From: Mobula hypostoma
Lineage: Eukaryota
Direction of reading: 5' to 3'
Assembly: GCF_963921235.1 (NCBI RefSeq)
Contig: NC_086098.1
Coordinates: forward strand, 4,898,001-4,962,000
Length of the DNA stretch: 64,000 nt
Shown here one piece after another: positions 37,545 to 48,699 of this stretch (its first letter is position 1; the number at the start of each line of letters is the position of its first letter). The notes beneath the pieces were generated by a model. The model had not been told where the DNA came from. It ran no database searches and worked only from the letters and a program-made list of their open reading frames with translations. The position numbers and the translations under genes are program-made.

Positions 37545-40500
37545 TGTGACCAAGTTATCAGAAGATGCCGATAAGAGATATAAGCGAGAGACAAATGGAG
37601 GAAATATTCAAAATGCTAATAAGAGAGAGACGAGAGGGATTAACAAAAAGGAGACATAGTTCCAAGTATTGTCAGAGACCGGTTGCTTTGAACCTGAACT
37701 GTTTGAAGTTTGATGGACAGGCGATACCCCAGCAGGGGGATAAAAGGAACAGGTTCGCTAAGGCAAGGGACACACATGACACCACGAGATAATGAGACCC
37801 TGGAAAAGCGGTGTGCCCCCACAAGTTGGTGAGAGTTTTGGAGGTCTGGTCGCGGGACCAACCATAGACGCACAGGGTGAGAAGGTACGATCGGCGGGAA
37901 CCTGGGGTGTGTGTCCACCCTTGCCTGGGTGCCGGGTTCACTGCGGCAGAACGGTCGTATCCAGAACGGAGGGGTCACAGTCGGTGACCTCAGAAGACAT
38001 TAAAAAGGGCTCGCGCCGAAAGCTAACTGCGAGGAATATCAAAGGTCTGTTGAATCCGATTTGAATATCAGCATTCGCTTTCTCTCTCTCCCCCCAACGG
38101 CACGACGGCGATTACTGCAAACTGAAACTGAACTGAACTCTGTGTCACTTGAGACTGATCATTTTACCCCTAGACTGCAATAGAGCTTGATTGATCCTAT
38201 TATCCTAGTTCTGTGTACATGTGTGTTTTATCATTGCTAACCTGTTGCATTTATATCCTTACTATTAGAGTACTGTGTTACTTATTTCTTTAATAAAACT
38301 TTCTTAGTTCCAGTAATCCAGACTTCAACTAAGTGGTCTATTTCTGTTGGTTTGGCAACCCAGTTACGGGGTACATAACATAAGTGGGGTTCTCGTCCGC
38401 GATTTTGAACGCTAAATTTGGGACTGGGTAAATTGATTGGGTTAAAATTCCCGAAAGAAAGAAAAGGCAAACAGCAGAAATGGAGATTGAAGAATTTCTA
38501 AAGGCGCCGACCTTGGAGGCATTAGACGATGCCAGGAAAGTAGAATTGGCAGCTGTGGCCAAACGGTTGAATCTTGTTAAGGGGAAGTCGACGATGAGGA
38601 GAGAGGAGATGCACAGAGCTATCACAGAGCATTATGTGTCTAAAGGTGTGTTTCCCCAAAGGGAGCTGGAGGTGATATCTATGGGAAAACCAGGTGGAGA
38701 CGCAGTACAGGTGCAGATGGAAAAATTGAGACTCGAGCACGAGTTCCGGGTAAGACAGCTAGAACACGAAGAGAAACAGAACGGCAAGAGAGAGAGAAGC
38801 AGTTAGAACGGCAGGAGAGAGAGAGAGAGAGAGAGAGAGAGGCAGTTGGAGAAACAGAAGGAAAGGGAATTTGAGCTGGAGAAGTTAAAGATGACGGCAG
38901 CGCAGGGGCCCATGCCGAACCAAGGTGGAGGGTTCAGGGCGACCCAGGAGGTTAGGCTGGTTCCCCCATTTGACGAGACCGATGTTGATCAGTACTTTCT
39001 CCATTTTGAAAAAGTTGCTGCAAGTCAGGACTGGCTGAGGGATAAGTGGGCTGTTTTGCTTCAAAGTGTACTTAAAGGAAAAGCCCAACAAGCCTACGCA
39101 GCTTTGTCCGCAGAAGATGCCCAGAGGTATGAGGTGGCGAAAGAGGCCATCCTCAGGATTTATGAATTGGTCCCGGAGGCATACCAGCAGAGGTTCCGGA
39201 ATGCGAGGAAGCAGTGGGACTGCACGTATTTAGAGTTTGCCTGTGAGATGCAGACATATTGTGAGCGTTGGTGCGCCTCGAAAGGGGTCAATGGGGATTA
39301 TGACAGACTGCTACAGCTAATCCTGATTAAGCAGTTTAAAGGTTGTGTCCCTGAGAGTATGAGACCCTACCTAGATGAGAAAGAGGCAGACACTTTAGCC
39401 GCAACTGCTAAGTTAGCAGATGAGTACGCGTTGACACATAAAACGAAGTTTGCCTCGAGTAAAGGCTACCAGAAGGGTAGTCAGGACGGCGGGGAGAGTC
39501 CGCCAGAAAAGTCAGAAAGTAAGCCGGGGACTAGTGAGAAGGATAAGGTAGACTGGGAGCAATTTGGTAGGAAGTCTCCTGGGGTCGTATGTTATTCGTA
39601 TGTTATAATTGTGGGAAAGTCGGACACTTCGCGTCCAGGTGCTTTGCCCCAAAGGAGGAGACGGGAAAAGGGAAAACGGCGGTTCCAACTGGCTGTATTG
39701 AGTTGGTAAGCAAACCGCTAGGAGGGAAGAGATCTGATAAAGTTCAGGAAGGGCGCGAGAGGTTTATCTCGGCTGGATTGGTGTCGGTGAAGGAAGGGTT
39801 AAACCCAGTTCCAGTACGGATCTGGAGAGACACGGGAGCGTGTCAGTCATTGATATTAAAGGGTGTGTTAGACTTTAGTTCAGAGACCGAGACTGGGAAA
39901 GTCAGGGTCATAAAAGGCATTGGGAAAGGGACTGAGGCAGTACCTTTGCACCAGATACACCTAAAAAGCGACTTGGTCTCCGGACTGGTCACGATCGGGG
40001 TAAGGCCCGAACTACTAATGAAAGGCATGGAAGTCTTACTCGGTAATGACCTTGCCGGCGGAAATGTGTTCTCAGCAGTAAAACTGACAAGCCAGCCTGC
40101 CAGCATTGAGGCCCCGCCCATGGCCTCACAGGTTTATCCCGTTGGCGCAGTGACTCGGCGTGTGTCCAGAAAGGCTGCCGAAGTAACTATAGAATTGGCT
40201 GAGACGTTTTTACCAGCCTTGTACCGGGGGGGTTAGAAAGTGAAAAGGAGGAGCGTGGTGGAACAGGAGGAAGTGAGGGAGCTGCGGCAGACTTAGCATT
40301 AGCCAGGAAGGAATTTGTACAGGCACAGGAGCGAGACGAGGAGCTGATGGTTTCGGCGGAGACAGCTCTCTCTCAGACGCAGAATTAAAAAGGGAACCAG
40401 TGGGCTATTGTGTGAAGGAGGGAGTACTAAGGAAGAAATGGAGACCAAGTACCGTGCCCGCAGATGAGATACGGGGGATGGTGCCAAAAATTTATGGGGA

Positions 40501-42491
40501 TGAGATTCTTAACCTGGCCCACAAGATACCCCTCAGTGGACATTTTGGGGGGAGGAAAACAGTCGGCAGAATCATGAAAGAGTTTTACTGCTGCACAGGA
40601 GGAAGGATGATATTGACTATTGCAGACGTGAGCTGACACAGTTACAGGCTTTTGATATGTTAACAGCTTGCCACGATAGGCGAACAAACTTAGTCGGTGT
40701 TATCACGAAAATTAATGAGGCTAGGCTGCCACCTGATAAGGGGAAAACCCATTTTGAAAAGATAAGCATGGGGCCGACCAGATGGGAGAAGTCTATTGTT
40801 TTGACCAGTTTTGCTGATAAGGTCTCTCCCTTAATCCCCGAACAAAGCGACCCGTAACAGAGCTAATTAAATGGCACGCACACGTAGGTCCAGATGTCCC
40901 GAGGCGATGCAAAGAGCTGGGTATGGAGTTGTTGTCACATCAGGTCAGCCTAGTGAGCAACACCTCATAGAATGATTAATTCAGTGACAAAAGGGCTAAA
41001 GAACACAGAAGTGTATATTGGCGATGTAGTGGTCTGGAGTGACACGTGGGAAGAGCACATTGTGGCACTGTTTAAACGGCTGTCTAAAGCCAGCCTGACA
41101 GTGAACCTCGCAAAAAGTGAATTCGGCCACGGAGAAATCACTTATCTGGGATTTGTGGTGAGACAAGGGCAGCTGGCACCAATGCAAGTTAAGGTGCGGG
41201 CTATCTCTGACGTCCCAACCCCGACAGACAAGAGAGCCCTGAGAAGGTTCTTGGAGATGGTGGGGTACTATAGGAAGTTTTGCAAGAACTTTGCGGATAT
41301 TACCCACCCTCTTACTAAGCTTTTGCCAAAGAATGCTAAGTTGGTATGGGACGACCCTTGTTATCTTGGTCCGGGACGACCCTTGTTATCTTGAGAAAAC
41401 CACTGAGAAGTTACACTGATCACAACCCATTAGTGTTTTTGGCCACTATGAAGTTTGCTAAGTTGGAGCCTGGTCTTAGAGGATTATTAAAATAACACAT
41501 ATAAAAGGAACGGAAAATGTGATTGCTGACTGTCTGTCAAGGTGTTGGCAACTCTCTGTATAAGCCAAATAGCTGATGATGTGTGTATCTAATAATGTAT
41601 TCATGCCTATAATTTTTACCCCGGTAAAAATCCTTTGAAGGGTAGGGGTGTGACCAAGTTATCAGAAGATGCCGATAAGAGAGATAAGAAAGAGACAAAT
41701 TGGGGAAACATTCAAAATGCTAATAAGAGAGAGACGAGAGGGATTAACAAAAAGGAGACACAGTTCCGAGTATTGTCAGAGACCGGTTGCTTTGAACCTG
41801 AACTGTTTGAAGTTTGATGGACAGGCGATACCCCAGCAGGGGGATAAAAGGAACAGGTTCGCTAAGGCAAGGGACACACACGACACCACGAGATAACGAG
41901 ACGAGACCCTGGAAAAGCGGTGTGCCCCCACAAGTTGGTGAGAGTTTTGGAGGTCTGGTCGCGGGACCAACCATAGACGCACAGGGTGAGAAGGTACGGT
42001 CGGCGGGAACCTGATGTGTGTGTCCACCCTTGCCTGGGTGCCGGGTTCGCCGCAGAAGAACGACTGTATCCGGAACGGAGGGGTCACAGTCAGTGACCTC
42101 AGAAGACATTAAAAAGGGCTCACGCCGAAAGCTAACTGCGAGGAATATCAAAGGTCTGTTGAATCCGATTTGAATATCAGCATTCGCTCTCTCTCTCACT
42201 CCCCCCAACGGCACGACGGCGATTACTGCAAACTGAAACTGAACTGAACTCTGTGTCACTTGAGACTGATCATTTTACCCCTAGACTGCGATAGAGCTTG
42301 ATTGATCCTATTATCCTAGTTCTGTGTACATGTGTGTTTTATCATTGCTAACCTGTTGCATTTATATCCTTACTATTAGAGTACTGTGTTACTTATTTCT
42401 TTAATAAAACTTTCTTAGTTCCAGTAATCCAGACTCCAACTAAGTGGTCCATTTCTGCTGGTTTGGCAACCCAGTTACGGGGTACATAACA
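37545..42491 (+). mobile_element. Internally deleted Gmr1-like Ty3/Gypsy LTR retrotransposon
   Basis: LTRs 37545-38380 and 41649-42491 (TG...CA), TAGT TSD, tRNA-Pro-like PBS at 38385-38403, PPT at 41637-41648. Gag with SCAN-like region and CCHC knuckle, DTG protease, INT N-terminal remnant, RT (YIGD), RNase H remnants. Confidence 0.95.
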
Positions 42492-42788
42492 TAGTTTTCA
42501 CATTAAATTCATATTGCCTTTATACAGACTCTTAAAATTTAGCAGAGATCCGGTAAAGACCATTTAGACCCAACAGCAGAATTAGGCTATTCTGGCCATC
42601 AAATATGTCCATTGAAAAAGTTTAAATTGATTAATGTTTTAAGAAAAAAGAATTACATGGATGGAACGAACCAGCTTGTTCTTTGAAAGTGAAGACAGAA
42701 ACTCATTGGGTCAAATATCCTACTTCAGTGCTATATCCTGATTGAAGTGAGTTCCAATTACCAAGTGGCATACAATTTGCAAACTCAC

Positions 42789-42934
42789 CTCCATGAATGT
42801 ACAGCTCATCCTGCATCTCTTTAGCAACTTGAGCTGGAGTGATATACTCCTTACCATCCAATGTGTGTATCACATCCAACTGTTTGTCCGCTATCAGCTT
42901 AGCAACAATTTCAACACAGTTTCGTTCCGATAAC
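42789..42934 (-). CDS. UFL1: UFL1 coding exon 2 ([48 protein letters not shown])
   Basis: tttctgtag acceptor, gtgagt donor, phase compatible with exon 1. 146 nt. Confidence 0.96.
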
Positions 42935-42969
42935 CTACAGAAATGAGATTGTAAATAAAATCAGATCTA

Positions 42970-43028
42970 CAGTACTGCACAAAAGTCTTCTGCACATATA
43001 TATAGCTAGAGTGCATGCACAGTACTGT
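42970..43028. mobile_element. Tiny palindromic Tc1/mariner-type MITE (second copy ~43400-43466)
   Basis: cagtactg(t)gcaaaagtctt...aagacttttg hairpin with TA flanks. Confidence 0.6.
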
Positions 43029-43484
43029 ATCAGTCAAGGTGGAGCGGAGAGCACGTTTGTAACCTGGCAGGAGCAAAGGATGTTCAGAATGGAGAGAGAG
43101 GAACGCCACCGGAGGGTTGTGGGTCAGGTGGCAGAGGAAAGCCAGGGGCAGACACACCCAGCCCCGAGACACCAGGTAAGGGCACTTGATTCCAAACAAT
43201 TGGTTTACTCATCATTACAGAATGTCTCTTTGGTGCTTTCCTCTCCCTCCTCTCTCCCTTCCTCTTTTCCTAAACATGATTCCCCTCTCCCCGTCCCCTT
43301 CCCACTCTCAGTCCACAATACAGGCCCTTATCAGAATCAGGTTTATCATCACTCATTTTTTTCCCCAACAGCAGTACAGTGCAATGCATAAAATTACTAC
43401 AGTACTGTGCAAAAGTCTTAGGCTTCCTAGCTATATATGCGCCTAAGACTTTTGTATAATACTATGTTGCTCATTTTTAAAATA

Positions 43485-44172
43485 CAGGTCGACTAGCCCT
43501 TATCCAAAATTATAAAATCCAAAAACTTTCAAATGTGAAATTCTTTTCAGTGCTGACATGACATCACAAATGGAAAATCCTCCAAGGCGCTGGGAAGGTT
43601 CCCAGGTGATGCACAAGTCGCTGCGCACCACACAGTTCCCAAAAGTGATTTCACATATGTAATAAACAGCAGTCAATCAAAAATAGAAAAACACTCAATA
43701 AAGCAAAAAGTGAAGATCTCGATAATGCATTGAAACAGTGGATTCGTCAGACTGAACACATGTTGCTTCACAGTGCGCTGATCGTGAAACAAGCAAAGGT
43801 CTATCACAATGAACTGAAATTGAAGGCAATTGTGAATATTCAGCAGGCCAGTTACAGAAATTTAACAAAAGGCATAGCATTAAATTTTTAAAGATTTGTG
43901 GTGATAAAGCATCTGCTGATCACAAAGCAGCAAAGAAATTCACTGATGAGTTTGCCAAGATCATTGCTGATGAAAATCCAACATGAACAGCTGTATCAGT
44001 ACAGATGTGTGATGAAATGTAAGATAAAGACTGCTTACCGGTAGCACACAAATTCAGTGTCGGGAATTATGGTGATCTCAAGCTATCTCATTACATATTC
44101 CAAAATCCCATAAAATCTGAAATCCGACACACTTCTGGCCCCAAGCATTTCAAATAGGGGGTACTCAAACTA
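43485..44172 (+). mobile_element. Internally deleted pogo/Tigger DNA transposon
   Basis: Imperfect CAGGT...ccttatcc TIRs with TA flanks; CENP-B-type HTH remnants (DLDNALKQWIRQ; KRHSIKFLKICGDKASAD). Confidence 0.75.
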
Positions 44173-44185
44173 TATGTCTTTTTTA

Positions 44186-44598
44186 AGGTAGCCTCCAACC
44201 CAATGGCATGAATATTGATTTTTCCTTCTAGTAATTTATTTCCCTCTCCCTCCCTCCCAATCTTTTTCTATTCCCCACTCTGGTCTCTTGCCTCTTCTTA
44301 CCTGCCTAACACCTCCTCCTCTTTCTCTTTCTCCTATGGTCCACTCTCCTCTCTGATCGAATTCCCTCCTCTCCAGCCACCTTTCCTACCCACCTGGCTT
44401 CACGAATCACTTTCTAGCTATCCTCCTCCACCCCCCAACCTTTTTATTCTGGCATCTTCCCCCTTTGTTTCCAGTCCTGAAGACAGGTCTCAGCCCGAAA
44501 TATCGACTATTCTTTAATTTCTCTGCCTGACCTGCTGAGTTCCTCCAGCATTTGTGTGTGTTGCTTTGGATTTAAAGCATCTGCAGATTTTCTTGTCT
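44186..44598 (+). mobile_element. Penelope pLTR fragment with hammerhead variant at 44473-44508
   Basis: ggtagcctccaacc start as at 32600; agtc ctgaaga caggtctcagccc gaaa t atc gact. Confidence 0.75.
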
Positions 44599-44601
44599 TT
44601 A

Positions 44602-44810
44602 GGCTGGTGGCGTAGTGGCATCAGTGCTGGACTTTAGGACGAAAGGTCCTGAGTTCGAATCCAGCTGGCTCCCCTGCACACTTTCCATCCGTGCTGGTGA
44701 TCTCTTTGGAAACTCACCCGGCAGAAGGCAATGGCAAACCACTGCTGTAACTTGCCTTGTACGCGGTTCCCTACTACATCAGAGCGGCGTGGAGGTCCAC
44801 TAACCGGAGA
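44602..44810 (+). mobile_element. tRNA-derived SINE
   Basis: tggcgtagtgg (A box) and gagttcgaatcc (B box) followed by a non-tRNA body (gaaggcaatggcaaaccac). Confidence 0.7.
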
Positions 44811-45804
44811 AACTTTCCTATCTTTTTCAAGGATCAAATTTATTCGCCATATGCAGTTACCTGCATTAGGGATTTGTCCTGGTTTGTTGGTGTGACATAC
44901 AACAAAAAAAGTTCAATAATTTTAAAGGAAAAAGAATTATATGAAAATAAAGACAGAGGTGAAAGTACAAATATGGATTTAAAAGTGCATAAATACTGGC
45001 ATGTTCAACGTGGACAGCAAAGTGGGTTAGAGTTTACTGCGCAGTGATTGATGTGATAGATGGGGTGGTGGAGGGGCCAACTGGAACAGGATAATGTGAC
45101 TCTGGGCACAGATTGTTTCACTGCATGTTTTGATCTACTTATGACAAATAAAGCTAATCTCTTCGACGGTATTGTGGTTCCACAGGGTGGAATTAGAAAC
45201 TGCACTTTGAAGATATACATAAAAGTGAGTAACTTCAGAATGCACAACAGCTCTGTAATCCTCAAACATATGGAAGCAACTGCAGTTTCCAAGTTTGGAA
45301 GTAACAATTCCAAAATTACTCACTTGCTTCGCACATGTGTTTTCTTTAAAATGGTAAGGTTTATGTCAATGTAGATTATTTTCAGACAAACAGCCGTTGA
45401 TTTTTGTTTAGAGCCCATAAAGCGTTAAAGCACGACGACAGGTAAAGTGATCAGTGAAAGGCCAATTAGTACTAAATAGGAAAACGGGACTGACACAAAG
45501 TTGAACTAAACCATCTCCCGTCTCTGCAGAACTGGGCCTTTAACCTGGGATGCACGGCTGCTGAAAGTTTCAGGCCGAAGGGAACTGAGCGCAGTCGTTA
45601 TAGGAAGTGAGTGGGGTAGCAAGGGAATGTGTACCTGAGAGGGTTGGAGAGGAAATGTGTACCCCGGGGTAGGGTGGCAGTACCCGGGTGGGATTTGGGG
45701 TGCGTGTGTACTGGGGTATACACTTGGGGAGGGGGCTCTATACGGCAGCCGGATGAAGCAGGAGCCTTTCTATAGATGACTGGTTTTGCGTACCACTGTC
45801 CACC

Positions 45805-46030
45805 ACCACCCTACTTCCCTCCGTCTCTCTCCTCCCTCTCTCCCCCCTCCCTACCCCTACCCTCCTGCCCCTCCGTCTCTCCCCTCCCTCTCCCCCTCCC
45901 CTCCCGCCCCTCCGTCTCTCCCCCCACACTCCCCGTCTCTCCTCCCTCCCCTCCCCCTCCCCTCCACACTCCCCTCCCTACCCGTCCTCCCGCTGCCCCT
46001 CCATCTCTCCCCCCTCATCCCCTCCACTCT
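45805..46030. repeat. Polypyrimidine (C/T) low-complexity tract; G-rich on the UFL1 sense strand
   Basis: ~225 nt of ccctcc-type repeats immediately after the exon 1 donor. Confidence 0.9.
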
Positions 46031-46036
46031 GACTAC

Positions 46037-46113
46037 CTCTGCGCGGTGCTGGCGAACTGCGCTCGCTGGAAGTCGGCCGCCAGCCGGCGGATCTCAGCCC
46101 AGTCTGCAGCCAT
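46037..46113 (-). CDS. UFL1: UFL1 coding exon 1 (MAADWAEIRRLAADFQRAQFASTAQ-R)
   Basis: Manual minus-strand translation matches the UFL1 N-terminus (W.EIRRLAADFQRAQF). ATG at 46113-46111, GT donor (gtagtc) follows, CpG-rich context. 77 nt. Confidence 0.96.
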
Positions 46114-46350
46114 TTTCGGTGGCTCGGTCGGTCAGCCGGCCGGCTGTGATGGTCGCTAGCGGAGCCGGGGGTGTACGGCGGACCTCGGGACCCGCCGCAA
46201 TCACACGTCTGCAGTACAGCTGCCGTACGGGCTCTCGACGCGGCCAAACCTCTCCGCACGACAGGCGTTCTCGTTCCTCTGGCGAAATTCACTCCGCCTC
46301 TCTGCTCTTCTGCAGAGCAACAGTGGAGTCAGAATCACTGACCTGCGGGG
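46040..46350. promoter_or_regulatory. CpG-rich region over the UFL1 first exon / putative promoter
   Basis: Dense CpG dinucleotides relative to the CpG-poor surroundings, overlapping the start codon. Confidence 0.65.
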
Positions 46351-47009
46351 TGTGAAATCAGCCTTGCCACAGATTACAAAAATAAATAACAAAAGGGAAA
46401 AAAGGGATTTTATGCCGTGGCTGCTGCCATCCAGAACCCGGATAGCAGAGGGGAAGATGCTGTTCCCGGGTCGTTGAGTGTGTGCCCTCCCCTCAGGTTT
46501 CTGTACCTCCTTCCTGACAGTAACAGTGCGGAGTCCTGGGTGATGGGGCGACTGGTGCCCATGATGGAGCCGACAGAGTTTACAACTTACTGCAGCTTCT
46601 TCCAATCCTGTACAGTCGCCCCTCCATAACAAACGGCGATGCAACCAGTTAGAAAGCTTTTGTGAACATTTAAAGTTCAGCGTACCTTGGGCTGAACTGA
46701 ATATGCCTGCACCCTTGCGATTTTCTGTTTTTATATTCTCGTATTTTTTGCTTGCTTTTTGCCGTTTGCACATTTTTTTGCGTGGGGGGGTGGTTGATGT
46801 TTTTCTTTGAATGGCTTTTCTGCCTGTGGAAAGGAACGATCTCGGTTGTATACCGCATACGTTGAGAATAAATATACTTTCAATCTCGCACTTTTGAATC
46901 AGTTTTGTTTTGGAAGTGTGCTTTTTTTTTAAACAAAAACGAGTTTATTTCAAGTACTAATAAACACGAAATATCTTGCAGGTTCTTCACCTGTTCCTTT
47001 CAAGTCTAT

Positions 47010-48240
47010 TGTCATTTTTACCATAAGCTGCTGGTACCGTACACAGTAAAAACGAAACAACATTCCTCCAGGACCATGGTGCTAATGAAACAACACAAAA
47101 CTACACTTAGACTATGTGAGACAGCACAAGACTACACTAGACTAAGTAAAACAACACAAAAACCACACTAGACTACAGACCAACACAGGACTACATAAAG
47201 TGCACAAAACAGTGCAGTACAATAATTAATAAATAAAACAATAGGCACAGTAGAGGACAAATTGCAATATAATAATAAATTATGTAGATGTCAATTTAGA
47301 CTCTGGGCACTAAGGAGTCTGATGGCTTGGGGGAAGAAACTGTTACATAGTCTGGTCGTGAGAGCCCGAATGCTTCGGTGCCTTTTGCCAGATGGCAGGA
47401 GGGAGAAGAGTTTGTATGAGGGGTGTGTGGGGTCCTTCATAATGCTGTTGGCTTTGCGGATGCAGCGTGTGGTGTAAATGTCTGTAATGACGGGAAGAGA
47501 GACCCCGATGATCTTCTCAGCTGACCTCACTGTCCGCTGCAGGGTCTTGCGATCCGAGACGGTGCAATTTCCGAACCAGGCAGTGATGCAGCTGCTCAGG
47601 ATGCTCTCAATACAACCTCTGTAGAATGTGGTGAGGATGGAGGGTGGGAGATGGACTTTTCTCAGCCTTCGCAGAAAGTAGAGACGCTACTGGGCTTTCT
47701 TGGCTATGGAGCTGGTGTTGAGGGACCAGGTGAGATTCTCCGCCAGGTGAACACCAAGAAATTTGGTGCTGTTGACGATCTCAACGGAGGAGCCGTCACT
47801 GTTCAGCGGAGAGTGGTCGCTCTGTGTCCTCCTGAAGTCAACAACCATCTCTCCTGTTTTGTTCACATTCAGAGACAGGATGTTGGCTCTGCACCAGTCT
47901 GTTAGCCGCTGCACCTCCTCTCAGTATACTGACTCATCGTTCTTGCTGATGAGACCCACCATGGTCGAGTCATTGGCGAACTTGATGATGTGGTTCGAGC
48001 TGTGTGTTGCAGCACAGTCGTGGGTCAGCAGAATGAACAGCAGTGGACTGAGCACACAGCCCTGGGGGGACCCCGTGCTCAGTGGGATGGTGTTGGAGAT
48101 GCTGGTACCAATTCGAACTGACTGAGGGCTCTCAGTCAGGAAGTCTAGGATCCAGTTGCAGAGGGAGGTGTTCAGGCCCAGCAGTTTCAGCTTTCCAATC
48201 AGGTGCTGAGGAATTATTGTGTTGAATGCTGAACTGAAGT
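47010..48240 (-). mobile_element. Rex1/Babar-like LINE 3' part (RT C-terminus)
   Basis: [36 protein letters not shown] and NSFFPQAIRLL motifs. Confidence 0.85.
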
Positions 48241-48269
48241 CAGCATTCCAATGTATGTATCTTTTTTGT

Positions 48270-48362
48270 TCAGTCCTGATGAAGGGTCTCGGCCCAAAAC
48301 ATCGACTGCTTATTCCCCTCCATAGATGCTGCCTGCCCTGCTGAGTTCATCCAGCATTTTTT
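48270..48362 (+). mobile_element. Penelope pLTR fragment with a mutated hammerhead (GAAA to AAAA)
   Basis: agtc ctgatga agggtctcggccc aaaa c atc gact at 48272-48307. Confidence 0.7.
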
Positions 48363-48699
48363 GGTTATTTCAAGTACGATAAAATGAATTGCTTTGGTGC
48401 CACAGTGTGACACTATTACAACTTGGGGCATTCCTGTGTCCTGGGTCCAATCCCAGCATCGTCTGTAAGGAGTCTGTAGACTCTCCCTGTGACCGAGTGG
48501 GTTTCCTGCGGATGCTCCAGTTTCCTCCCACAGTCCAAACACATACCAGTTAGAAGGTTCATTGTTCATTGTAAATTCTACTGTGATTAGACTAGGGTTA
48601 AATTGGTGAGCTCCTGGGAGGTGTGGCTTGTTGGGCCAGAAGGGCCTATTCCACACTGTATCTTGAAATAAACTTTATTAATATTTTTTTCTTATTTAT

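Noticed and set aside
38846..39709. Host SCAN-domain gene
   Set aside because: Lies between paired LTRs with PBS, PPT and TSD, and is frameshifted by a (GA)n tract and an 11-bp duplication; it is retrotransposon gag.
43680..43990. Host TIGD/JRKL-like gene
   Set aside because: Short, stop-interrupted fragment bounded by TIRs; a Tigger deletion derivative.
44602..44672. Functional tRNA gene
   Set aside because: A/B boxes are present, but there is no clean cloverleaf or terminator and it continues into a SINE body. The same applies to 28440-28514.
45738..46355. Pro-rich and Gly/Arg-rich ORFs near the UFL1 start
   Set aside because: Products of the low-complexity C/T tract and GC-rich promoter; the real coding segment is 46037-46113.
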